A stretch of DNA of 64,000 nt from an uncultured Collinsella sp. (lineage in GTDB: Bacteria; Actinomycetota; Coriobacteriia; Coriobacteriales; Coriobacteriaceae), in NCBI GenBank assembly GCA_902495525.1, contig CABUXL010000001.1, forward strand, positions 27,051 to 91,050, given 5' to 3'. The translations under genes and the position numbers were made by a program. The notes under the pieces were generated by a model. That model worked only from the letters and a program-made list of their open reading frames with translations, ran no database searches and had not been told where the DNA came from. This document shows, one piece after another, positions 8,073 to 16,737 of this stretch (position 1 is its first letter; every line of letters begins with the position of its first letter).

Positions 8073-9449
8073 TTATTGGATCTTAGTTCCACAATCGGGG
8101 CAGAATTTGGTCCCCTCGGGCAACTCGGCTCCGCAGCTCGGGCACCTTGGCGAGGTCAACCGGTTCCCGCACTCAAGGCAGAACTTGGCACCGACCGGGT
8201 TAAGATGCCCACACGCCAAACACGCAACACCCTGCTCGAGCTTTTGTCCACATTCCAGGCAGAACTTAGCACCCATCGGATTAACGTTTCCGCAACTGGG
8301 ACACACGGGACCGTTTTGCATACCTGCGGACGCGGAAGCCGTTCCAACCATGGGAGCAACAGAGCCCATGGTCTGGTTGGCCAAGTTGGAGAAGCCAGCT
8401 CCAAATGCACCGCCCATGCCAACGCCCATGCCGAGTCCCATGCCGGCTCCCATGAGGCCCGACGCGGCACTCCCCTCATTGCCCGCAGCACTCTCCATTA
8501 CGTCCATGCCGCGCTCCTGCTGATAGTTGTAGCCTTCGCGCGCACGCTTCCTGGCAAGTGCCTCGGACTCGATGTCCATCTGGGCAGCGTTACCCTGCGC
8601 CTCGAGAATGCTCCGCTTACGCTGGATCTTCATCTCGTTGATGGCGGCAAGATCCTCTTCGAAGGGCTTGATGCTGTTGAACGAGAAGTTATCGAGCGTG
8701 AGGCCAAACTCATCGAAATAGTTAACGAGCTTGCCCTGCATCTGAGACGAAAAGTCGCTCAGATGCGTCGCAATTTTAAGAACGGAAACCTCCTGGTCAA
8801 CAATCGCCTTGGCAAGCAGGTCAGGAACATACTCAAGGATTTTTGCCCGCATAAAGGAAGTAAGTTCTTCTCGCGTATAGCGATCTCGCGTGCCCATGAC
8901 CTTAACGAGGAACTTCCTCGCCTGAATGGGAACCAGGCTCGAGTCATTCTGCTCGATATGTGCGCCAAACAAACCGAAGGCGCGAACATGAACGTTGACG
9001 TCTTCCTCAGGGTCTTGGACGATGATGGGCTCGGTCGTGCCCCAGCGCAGCTCGTTCATGTAGTTAGTATTGATAAAGTACACAACGGAATGGAACGCCG
9101 AACTACCGCCGGTAAGCGAATGGGCGGCATTGCGGAACGGGGCGAATCGGCTGTCTCCCGTGTCGAGCTTGATCTTGCACGGACCGACAAACACGCTTAC
9201 CTGAGAATCGCCGGCACCCGTAGCGTCAGTAGAACTGCCCGCCCCCATATTGTTGGTAAAAACGGCAATCTGCGATTGCGCAACCTGAAGATAGGACCCG
9301 TTGGGAAAATCCTCGTAGGGATAGCGGAATGAGACAAGCGAGGCATCTTCGTCGTTGCCAGGCTCCCATTTGATATTGTCGACAGAAAAGGCACCGAGAA
9401 TTCCGCTGTGCTTTTCTTCCTTTTCGTTATCGCTATGGAACAGTGACAT
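8073..9449 (-). CDS. SPFH/Band-7 domain protein with C-terminal multiple zinc ribbons (YdjI-like)
   Basis: VYFIN...LRWGTTEPI...VRAFG motifs, Gly/Met-rich GMGLGMGVGMG segment, six CxxC knuckles; AAAGGA RBS before ATG 9449. Confidence 0.9.
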   Translation of the reverse strand: MSLFHSDNEKEEKHSGILGAFSVDNIKWEPGNDEDASLVSFRYPYEDFPNGSYLQVAQSQIAVFTNNMGAGSSTDATGAGDSQVSVFVGPCKIKLDTGDSRFAPFRNAAHSLTGGSSAFHSVVYFINTNYMNELRWGTTEPIIVQDPEEDVNVHVRAFGLFGAHIEQNDSSLVPIQARKFLVKVMGTRDRYTREELTSFMRAKILEYVPDLLAKAIVDQEVSVLKIATHLSDFSSQMQGKLVNYFDEFGLTLDNFSFNSIKPFEEDLAAINEMKIQRKRSILEAQGNAAQMDIESEALARKRAREGYNYQQERGMDVMESAAGNEGSAASGLMGAGMGLGMGVGMGGAFGAGFSNLANQTMGSVAPMVGTASASAGMQNGPVCPSCGNVNPMGAKFCLECGQKLEQGVACLACGHLNPVGAKFCLECGNRLTSPRCPSCGAELPEGTKFCPDCGTKIQ

Positions 9450-9641
9450 GCTGATTCCTTTCGTTAATCCCAAACCACGCGTTCCGCGTGTCTAATAAAT
9501 TGCGAACTGCCGAGTCGACAGGCGCATCGAAAGCCTGTGCGCCTCAATCTGTCCCCAACTTAGCTTGGCTAATTATAGCCCTCAAGCCATCTCATTTAGC
9601 CACCCCCGATGAGCGGTAATAATGTCGCACCTTTGGTCAAC

Positions 9642-9734
9642 TGACGAAGAACCGGGAGGGTTCGAACCCCAGATACCCTTTTGGGGCATACCCGCTTAGC
9701 GGGCGAGTACCTTCGGCCTCTCGGTCAGCTCTTC
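9642..9734 (-). pseudogene. Degenerate tRNA-Ser(GCT)-like sequence
   Basis: GAAGAGC TG ACC-GAGAGGCCGAA-GGT A CTCGC-CCGCTAA-GCGGG, long variable arm, TGGGG-TTCGAAC-CCTCCCG GTTCTTC G TCA. C at position 33, 2-nt T-stem insertion, TCA in place of CCA. Confidence 0.8.
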
Positions 9735-9832
9735 GTAACGGCCGTTTTAGCCGTAACTAAACTCGTCGGATGGAACAAGGAGAAAGGTATAAGAGCTGCG
9801 CGCGCTGTAATGCCAAAACGGCTCGGTTAAAG

Positions 9833-11326
9833 TTACCAGCTCTCGTGATAGGCCATAATCGACCGACATGGGTACCCTTCGGAGCCGCATTCCGCAGACG
9901 CTACGACCTTTCCGTCTTTATAAAACTCGACGTACCAAACGTACGTTGCCGCCCCCTCCCAATAGTTTGGCTTATCAGCGACCCTGAACGTAATAGAGGC
10001 GTCATCTGGCACAATCAACTCGCGCTTGGCGTTTGCAATGAACGCATCCATGTCGGCGATCACGCCATCGCCGCGCGCAGCGGCCTCCCCATCGTCGCTG
10101 CCATCGGATGCCGCTTCAGACGGTGCTTGAGATGCGCCAGATCGATCGTCCGCAGTGCCAGAACCGTCCTTCAAAGAGCCCTCCGAAGGCTCCACCCCTT
10201 TGAATGCCTTCCACATATCGCTGCTTGCGGACGGCATTTCAATGTCGGCCTCCGGATACTTCCCGGCGAGCTCGTCAAGAATTTTGCACGCTTCCTCACG
10301 CCCCTGGACCATCGCCTCCTGCGGTTTGCCACCATCCTCAACGGTCCTCACCAAGTAGGCGCCATTCTGCCTATCGAATTCCTTATTTTGAATTTGCACC
10401 GCGTCTACGACCTCAGGACCCTTTGCAGTAAGCGAAATATAGAAATCTGCCTGGTTACAATCCTGACTACAAGTAAATTTAACGATGCCGTCCTTACAGA
10501 TAGTAATGACTTGGCTCTCACCCTGAGCAATAAAACCGTCATACTGATTCGTCATATTGCTGGAGCCTTCTACCATCTCCGACGAAGGCATAACCGAAAC
10601 GGTCTCTCCATCAACAAAGCAGTAGGCACCCACAATCGCCGAAATATCGTTCTGCGCATCGACAAACCCAACAAGCAGCTCGTCAATTCCGTCGCCATTC
10701 AAATCATCGAAAGCATAGTAGTAGCTTAAAAAGCCGGGGGCAGTCTGGTTGTTATAAACGAATATCTGCCCCAGTCCAGAATCACCACCGCGTCCCTGGG
10801 CCCAGTCGTCGTAGCTGGCAGCACCAGCCCCCTTCTGCTCGCAATAGCTCGCAAAGTCCTCGTAACGCGCAACCACGCCCTCGTAAGCCTTGTGTGCTTT
10901 CTTGTTTGTTGCCGCGACCTTCTTTTTAGATGACTTCTTCTCGACTGCAGCCGGCTGCTCCTGCTGCTGCGCTTGAGGCAGCACAAAGGCTTCGTAAGCT
11001 TTGACCAGGGCGTAAGCGACACCAGCGGTAAAGATGATTGCTGCAAGAATGGTGACAAACGTAGGCACAGCAAAACGGCCGATCTGCCGGCGCTGCATCA
11101 TAAAGGCCGCAAAGGACATATGATCAGAGGGCGCCGGAGAAGCGCTCTCTGCGCGAGATGCAGCAGGATCGCTTGTCGCTTTTCTATCAGCAGACGCCTT
11201 TGGTGTACCTGAAGGAAGCGGCTGCCGAGCATTCGCCGGCGCATCATCCACATCCAACGGTTTTCCGCATGCAGAACAGAATCGCGCCCCGTCTTTGATC
11301 TTTGCCCCGCAGCTTGCACAGTACAT
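9833..11326 (-). CDS. Zinc-ribbon / single-TM protein with a large extracellular domain (DxxxDG repeat-like motif)
   Basis: MYCASCGAKIKDGARFCSACG, TM helix, DDLNGDGIDELLV. Confidence 0.88.
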   Translation of the reverse strand: MYCASCGAKIKDGARFCSACGKPLDVDDAPANARQPLPSGTPKASADRKATSDPAASRAESASPAPSDHMSFAAFMMQRRQIGRFAVPTFVTILAAIIFTAGVAYALVKAYEAFVLPQAQQQEQPAAVEKKSSKKKVAATNKKAHKAYEGVVARYEDFASYCEQKGAGAASYDDWAQGRGGDSGLGQIFVYNNQTAPGFLSYYYAFDDLNGDGIDELLVGFVDAQNDISAIVGAYCFVDGETVSVMPSSEMVEGSSNMTNQYDGFIAQGESQVITICKDGIVKFTCSQDCNQADFYISLTAKGPEVVDAVQIQNKEFDRQNGAYLVRTVEDGGKPQEAMVQGREEACKILDELAGKYPEADIEMPSASSDMWKAFKGVEPSEGSLKDGSGTADDRSGASQAPSEAASDGSDDGEAAARGDGVIADMDAFIANAKRELIVPDDASITFRVADKPNYWEGAATYVWYVEFYKDGKVVASAECGSEGYPCRSIMAYHESW

Positions 11327-11475
11327 AAATCCCCCTAGAACTTCAGCATATCGAAACGATAGCCCACAGCCTGCAAACAGAAAAGACCCAGGAACAATTT
11401 GCTCGACTGTAAACCTTTTCTTTCACCTTTCAAATTCGCCTGACCCCACGCGGAAGGCATGCGACGGGCTACTTG

Positions 11476-12093
11476 CTAGGCGCGAGCCATGTGAAGCTTG
11501 ATTGCCTTGAAGATGATGTTGGCAACCGAGACGATAGGCCAAAGTGCCACCATCGTCATCGGTGCTAATTCGGGAACAACCGGAACCGCTCCGTGAATCA
11601 CGCTGCCCAACCAGTAAAAAAGCATCAGAACCACGACAGGAAGGCCCACGAGAACCACAAGCTCGATTAGCATAATCGTGATACCGATAATGCCGCTACC
11701 ATAGACAAAGGGAAGCCTTACACCGCTGCGGTACAGCGAGATAATCACCTTCCAGGGGCCAATCAGAAGTAGCGCCAGCAGAATCATATAGTCGAGCCCC
11801 AGCGAGCCACCTCCCAGCACGTAATTGAAAAAGAGCACATAGAGCAATGAAATCACCGCTGCTCGCCCAAGCGACCCGATGGACTCGTGAAGCGAATCCT
11901 GCAGGCAAGCAGCGGCCTCTGCATCCTCCGCCGCTTGAAACTGAGCCTCGACAGACTGGCTCTCAATCGGCTGGGCCTCGACGTAAATCGCATCCCCCAC
12001 CGCGCTGGCCGCAGCCGCGACCGTAGGCGTTCCGCACACGCCGCAGAACTTGGCGCCGTCGTTAATCTCTGCTCCACACTGTTTGCAATGCAT
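11476..12093 (-). CDS. Zinc-ribbon multi-pass membrane protein
   Basis: MHCKQCGAEINDGAKFCGVCG followed by about four hydrophobic helices. Confidence 0.85.
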   Translation of the reverse strand: MHCKQCGAEINDGAKFCGVCGTPTVAAAASAVGDAIYVEAQPIESQSVEAQFQAAEDAEAAACLQDSLHESIGSLGRAAVISLLYVLFFNYVLGGGSLGLDYMILLALLLIGPWKVIISLYRSGVRLPFVYGSGIIGITIMLIELVVLVGLPVVVLMLFYWLGSVIHGAVPVVPELAPMTMVALWPIVSVANIIFKAIKLHMARA

Positions 12094-12232
12094 AATCGGG
12101 TCCTTTCTCGTTACCCCTTTTCTTGACGATCACAAGATACGATTTGTCGTTTATCCGATATAGAGATTTTGACCGGGTAATTTTCCTAAACGTGCTACGC
12201 TATTAAACCTGCAGCTAGAGACAGGGGTAACA

Positions 12233-13591
12233 ATGTTTGAGTTCTCCCAAACACGCACCGTTGAAGGTTCGATTCCGTTTAAGAAAGTCAACCTCATAGA
12301 GAACGAACCCAATAGGCCCGTTGGCGAGGCCCAGCTTGTCTTTGAACTCTACATGCCCACCGAGCTGGCCGGCAACAAAAGCAACGAAGGGCCCGCACAC
12401 AGCGAGCGCCATGCCGATCTGATCAGGCTGGCATCATGCATCGAACCCACCGCCGTTAAGGAGCAGCCCTTCCGCGCAAGCCTCTTTAACGTACTTGGTT
12501 ACGCCGAACAGACCGGGCCGCTTTTTGGCAAGCACGCAATAGAATCCGTACGCGATTGGGCCAATGCCGCGATGGCAGCACTTATTGCCATGCGCATCCA
12601 GGAATACCTCAACGGGAGCTGCACCATCGCAAAGGTCTCCGCATTGGAAAGAATCGAGAAATCAATGGTGACCTGCGCGGCAAACGGGTCATCCTTCAAG
12701 ATCTACACCACTATCCTGAGGGCGGGCGGTGATTATACCGACTCATTCAAAAGCCTGCCCATCGTGCGCAAAATCGAATCCGATGCGGGATATTTCTACG
12801 CCTTTATGTTTATGATCGACGAGGAAGAATCCCTCGTTGCACTCAACGTGCTCTCTTTTGAACACGAGCTCACCGCCAATGACTTCAGTGTTTTGCAGGC
12901 GATGTTCTACATGGACGAAGACTCCAGCTCGGAGATTTCAGCGCGACTCAAGGTCAGCAATAGCGAGGAGAGCTTCTATGTAATCGACCCTCAAGCAGAT
13001 ATCCAGGAGCGCCGCGAAGAACTTGAAAATGATGACCGCGATGCACTCACCGCTTTGGTGCAGGCGCTCGTGATCTCGCATCTCTCGGGCGCGCACGTGG
13101 ATGTGTTCCAGGGTAACGAGTCCACAGGGTTCCTCTCCTTTGACAGCTATCTCTCGTGGCTCTGGTTTGATTTTTCACGCAAGCTGAGCACCGTCAAAAT
13201 TGGTTATTGCGAGCAGTGCGGACGCGCCTATTCACTTGCCGGGCATCGTGGCGTCAAACGGCACTACTGCAGCGATCGATGCAAGACCGATGCCAAAAAT
13301 GAGCGCACGCGCAAGGAGACGGCAAAGATACGCGAGTTGTTTGGAACGGGCACTAGCGTACGCGACATCGCCAACGAGATAGAACGTCCCGCGGCCTACG
13401 TGCGCTCGCAGCTCAATAAATGGACCAAGCTCAAGCACGATCTGGATGAAGACATTGAGTCAAACGGCTTTGACGGCTCCAAGCTACTCAAACGCTGCAC
13501 CGCCGAGAAGCTCGACCTCAACAACCTCCTCAACGCCAAGCGCAAAAAGCAAGTTCAGGACTATGCCAGACTCAAGCGCCACGTTAAGTAG
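12233..13591 (+). CDS. Putative regulator with a CGNR-like Zn finger and a C-terminal HTH
   Basis: CEQCGR...YCSDRCK, then GTSVRDIANEIERPAAYVRSQL; divergent from the zinc-ribbon genes. Confidence 0.65.
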   Translation: MFEFSQTRTVEGSIPFKKVNLIENEPNRPVGEAQLVFELYMPTELAGNKSNEGPAHSERHADLIRLASCIEPTAVKEQPFRASLFNVLGYAEQTGPLFGKHAIESVRDWANAAMAALIAMRIQEYLNGSCTIAKVSALERIEKSMVTCAANGSSFKIYTTILRAGGDYTDSFKSLPIVRKIESDAGYFYAFMFMIDEEESLVALNVLSFEHELTANDFSVLQAMFYMDEDSSSEISARLKVSNSEESFYVIDPQADIQERREELENDDRDALTALVQALVISHLSGAHVDVFQGNESTGFLSFDSYLSWLWFDFSRKLSTVKIGYCEQCGRAYSLAGHRGVKRHYCSDRCKTDAKNERTRKETAKIRELFGTGTSVRDIANEIERPAAYVRSQLNKWTKLKHDLDEDIESNGFDGSKLLKRCTAEKLDLNNLLNAKRKKQVQDYARLKRHVK

Positions 13592-13635
13592 AAACGCTGT
13601 CATTTCTGTTCCATCCGATTGACGGGTGGAAAGTT

Positions 13636-13683
13636 GCTCATATACGTGTTAGTAATATATATGTTAGTAATACGTATATGAGC
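13636..13683. promoter_or_regulatory. Palindromic putative operator upstream of the ATPase gene
   Basis: GCTCATATACGT...ACGTATATGAGC (12-bp inverted repeat) enclosing two TGTTAGTAATA direct repeats. Confidence 0.6.
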
Positions 13684-13693
13684 GAGGCACATC

Positions 13694-15076
13694 ATGTTTG
13701 TTGGACGTCGGGAAGAGCTTGAATCCCTGGAAACCGCCTATCAAAAGGGTTCCTTTCAGTTTGCCGTAGTCTATGGAAGGCGTCGCGTGGGTAAAACCAG
13801 CCTGCTTCGCGTCTTTACACAGGGCAAACCCCATGTGATCTTCTTTACCGGGCAGCAAACCGTTGCAAGCGAAAACCTCGCGCTGCTCAGCCGCGAGATA
13901 CTTGGCGATAGCGCCGCAGGAGCAGCGTTCCCCTCTATCCAGGTTGCACTCGAATCCGTCTTCGAACACGCCAAGACAGAGCAAATCGTTCTGATTATTG
14001 ACGAGTATCCCTACCTCGCCGAAAGCGATCCGGGCATCTCGTCGTGCCTGCAAACGCTTATCGATCGACATAAAGACGCGAGCAAGCTGTTCCTCGTACT
14101 CTGCGGATCGTCCATGAGCTTTATGGAACACCAGGTACTAGGACACCAAAGCCCTCTTTATGGACGCCGCACCATGCAGCTGCGCATTGACCCCTTCACC
14201 ATCTTCGACGCGGCGCTCATGCTTCCCGATGCACCCATCGAAAGAGTCATCGAGCTGTATTCCGTTGTTGGCGGGATGCCGCTCTATCTATCACAGCTCG
14301 ATGGCGCGCGTTCCACTCAATGGAACCTTGAGCATGCGCTGCTGCGTCAAGATGCGTTTTTGTATGCCGAACCCCAGAACTATCTGCTGCAAGAGGTCCG
14401 CAGCCCGGCTATCTACAATGCCGTCATAACCGCCATTGCCAACGGCTATGTACGCTCCAAAGAGATTGCCGATGTTACCCACCTCGCAACGCCACAGGTC
14501 GCGCGACTGCTCGACGCATTGATCGAGCTGCGAATCGTTGAGCGCGTCACGCCTGTTGTAAAGGCAACAAAACGCCAGGTAGTCTATCGGATCTGCGATA
14601 ACCTGTTTAGGTTTTGGTATCGTTTTGTTCCACAGTACGCAGGAACAATTGAGGAGGGGCTCGGAGCCGCTGTGGCCGCGCGTATCGCCAAGCATGATTT
14701 GTCCACCTTTGTGGGCCCTGCATTTGAAGAGGTGTGCCGCCAGTGGTTGATGCGGCAGGTTGTTGAGAGCGAGCTGGATGTGCTGCCCAAGGCAATCGGC
14801 TCTTGGTGGGGCACGAACCCGAACACGCGCCGGCAAGAAGAGATTGACGTTGTGCTTGAGGACGCCGATGGGGAGCTCATCGTTGGCGAGTGCAAATGGA
14901 GAAACGAGCCCGCTGACGTCGATGTGCTTGAGACGCTCATGCGTCGCGGAACATTGTTGGGCAGGCCGATCCAACGATATTACCTGTTTAGCAAGGGTGG
15001 ATTTACGGAGGCATGTCGAGAGCAAGCTGCCCAAGTGAACGACACAAGGCTTGTTGACCTTGAGCAGCTGCTCTAA
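13694..15076 (+). CDS. P-loop ATPase with wHTH and a C-terminal PD-(D/E)XK-like domain (archaeal ATPase/DUF234 type)
   Basis: MFVGRREEL, GRRRVGKT (Walker A), LIIDEYPYL (Walker B), EIDVV...GECKW. Confidence 0.9.
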   Translation: MFVGRREELESLETAYQKGSFQFAVVYGRRRVGKTSLLRVFTQGKPHVIFFTGQQTVASENLALLSREILGDSAAGAAFPSIQVALESVFEHAKTEQIVLIIDEYPYLAESDPGISSCLQTLIDRHKDASKLFLVLCGSSMSFMEHQVLGHQSPLYGRRTMQLRIDPFTIFDAALMLPDAPIERVIELYSVVGGMPLYLSQLDGARSTQWNLEHALLRQDAFLYAEPQNYLLQEVRSPAIYNAVITAIANGYVRSKEIADVTHLATPQVARLLDALIELRIVERVTPVVKATKRQVVYRICDNLFRFWYRFVPQYAGTIEEGLGAAVAARIAKHDLSTFVGPAFEEVCRQWLMRQVVESELDVLPKAIGSWWGTNPNTRRQEEIDVVLEDADGELIVGECKWRNEPADVDVLETLMRRGTLLGRPIQRYYLFSKGGFTEACREQAAQVNDTRLVDLEQLL

Positions 15077-15119
15077 GAAAAGGGGCCTGAACGCAATTTC
15101 CATGCCCCTTTTTCAACTT

Positions 15120-16736
15120 TTATTCAATCCCCAACTTTTTTAGTGTGCTATTGGTGCGGTCGGACATTTGGCTGCAACCAACAACGGGCACATCTGAAAA
15201 TGACCCCTGACTTGAGCTTGAGAAGTCAACAAAATAATACGTGCAGTATTGATGATTGAAATCTGTGTAGGAATTTAACGCGTTGAAATCCTTCTCGGAT
15301 ATCTCCTTGCCGTTGGATGCGTAATAGTCTCCAAGATTACCGCCAGAAACAGAGACGGACCAAGCTTCGCGATTTAACACCAACGAAAGCGAATCATCCT
15401 TTTTGCCGAATAAAGACCAGTTATCGCCATAGGTTATCTGTTTACCTGAGAGCTTTGCTTTGAGCGCATCGCACATTTCGTACGTACGCTTGCCAAGTAA
15501 GACGTTTTGCTCATCATCCTTAACAAGAGGCAGGTACATCGATCCTCCGTTAGAGTTGTCGAGCCATTTTTGGCTATATATCCTTTTGATGCCGCCGTCT
15601 TCCGCCGACCAAACCTCTACGGTGTAGGACTTCTGAAGCTCTTCAATATTTCCGTCCCAGGCGCTTTTCATATCGTCCGCGCTCATATCGTTAACAACCG
15701 TCACGAACTCAGAAACGCCGTCGTTGTCGAAATCAACCAAATCAGCCAAGCAAAAACCTCTAAGGGCTGACATATAGTCCTCAATCTCAACCATTTGAGG
15801 TTCACCATAACGCGCAAGATATTCCTGGCATTTTTGCTTATAGGCAGCGGATGCAGCAGCATTGTCCGCAGCGGCGTTTCCGTCCTTTTTGTCGCCCTCG
15901 TCCGCCTTTGCGTCTGCGCTGTCAGCCTTAGGCACCTCGAGCGAAACATCCTTCACGGCCTCATCGGACTTGGAATTGTCGACCACCTCGACAGGAACGC
16001 TCCACTCAACCTTGGTCTTGGAGTCCTTAACGGTAAGAGTATATTTTCCCGGTTTAACATCGGGAAGCCGGCTTACCGTGAAGCCCTCGTCACCCTTAAC
16101 CTCAGCATTGGTGCTGTAGCCGTTGTCGCCGTTCAGGGTCACCGAGTACTTCTTGATCTTCTCGCCCTTTGCGTCGGTCGGGGTAATCTTGGATTCTTGG
16201 GCCACCACGATGGCCTTGTCCTGGCCGTAATGGGCAACGTCATCGCTGGACTTGCTAAAGAACAGCAGGTAGCTAAAGATGGCAATGGCTGCCAGGCCAA
16301 CGATGATACCGACGATATAGAGCGCCTTGGGGTCCTTTTTCTGTGCGGATACATTCGCCGCAGGCGCAGGGGCTGGCGCCGCGACGGGCTTGGCGACCGG
16401 ATTGCTCGGCTTTGGCCGGTCGGCGCGCACGGCTGGAATCGAAGGCGTTGCATCGGACGACACGTCGTCCTTGGGCCGGTCGTCTTCTTCGTCCGCTACG
16501 GGCTCGCTCTCCACGGGCGACTTTTCCTCCCCCGCCTCGGCACCGGCGGAAGGCTCCTTCTCCGTTTCGTCACTAGCGAAAATCTCTTCCGCAGCCTCAT
16601 TGATAACGGAAGGCTCTTCTGCCACTTCGTTGCTGGCAGAGTTCAGCACCGCCTTTGCATCTTCGAGTGCATAGCCACACTCGGTGCAGTATCGCAAATC
16701 GCCATCAAGCTCAAATCCACAGTTGGGACAGAACAT
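15120..16736 (-). CDS. Zinc-ribbon / single-TM protein with Ig-like and DxDxDG-containing extracellular domains
   Basis: MFCPNCG...YCTECG, acidic/Pro linker, TM helix, PGKYTLTV, LVDFDNDGVSEFV. Confidence 0.88.
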   Translation of the reverse strand: MFCPNCGFELDGDLRYCTECGYALEDAKAVLNSASNEVAEEPSVINEAAEEIFASDETEKEPSAGAEAGEEKSPVESEPVADEEDDRPKDDVSSDATPSIPAVRADRPKPSNPVAKPVAAPAPAPAANVSAQKKDPKALYIVGIIVGLAAIAIFSYLLFFSKSSDDVAHYGQDKAIVVAQESKITPTDAKGEKIKKYSVTLNGDNGYSTNAEVKGDEGFTVSRLPDVKPGKYTLTVKDSKTKVEWSVPVEVVDNSKSDEAVKDVSLEVPKADSADAKADEGDKKDGNAAADNAAASAAYKQKCQEYLARYGEPQMVEIEDYMSALRGFCLADLVDFDNDGVSEFVTVVNDMSADDMKSAWDGNIEELQKSYTVEVWSAEDGGIKRIYSQKWLDNSNGGSMYLPLVKDDEQNVLLGKRTYEMCDALKAKLSGKQITYGDNWSLFGKKDDSLSLVLNREAWSVSVSGGNLGDYYASNGKEISEKDFNALNSYTDFNHQYCTYYFVDFSSSSQGSFSDVPVVGCSQMSDRTNSTLKKLGIE

Positions 16737-16737
16737 G

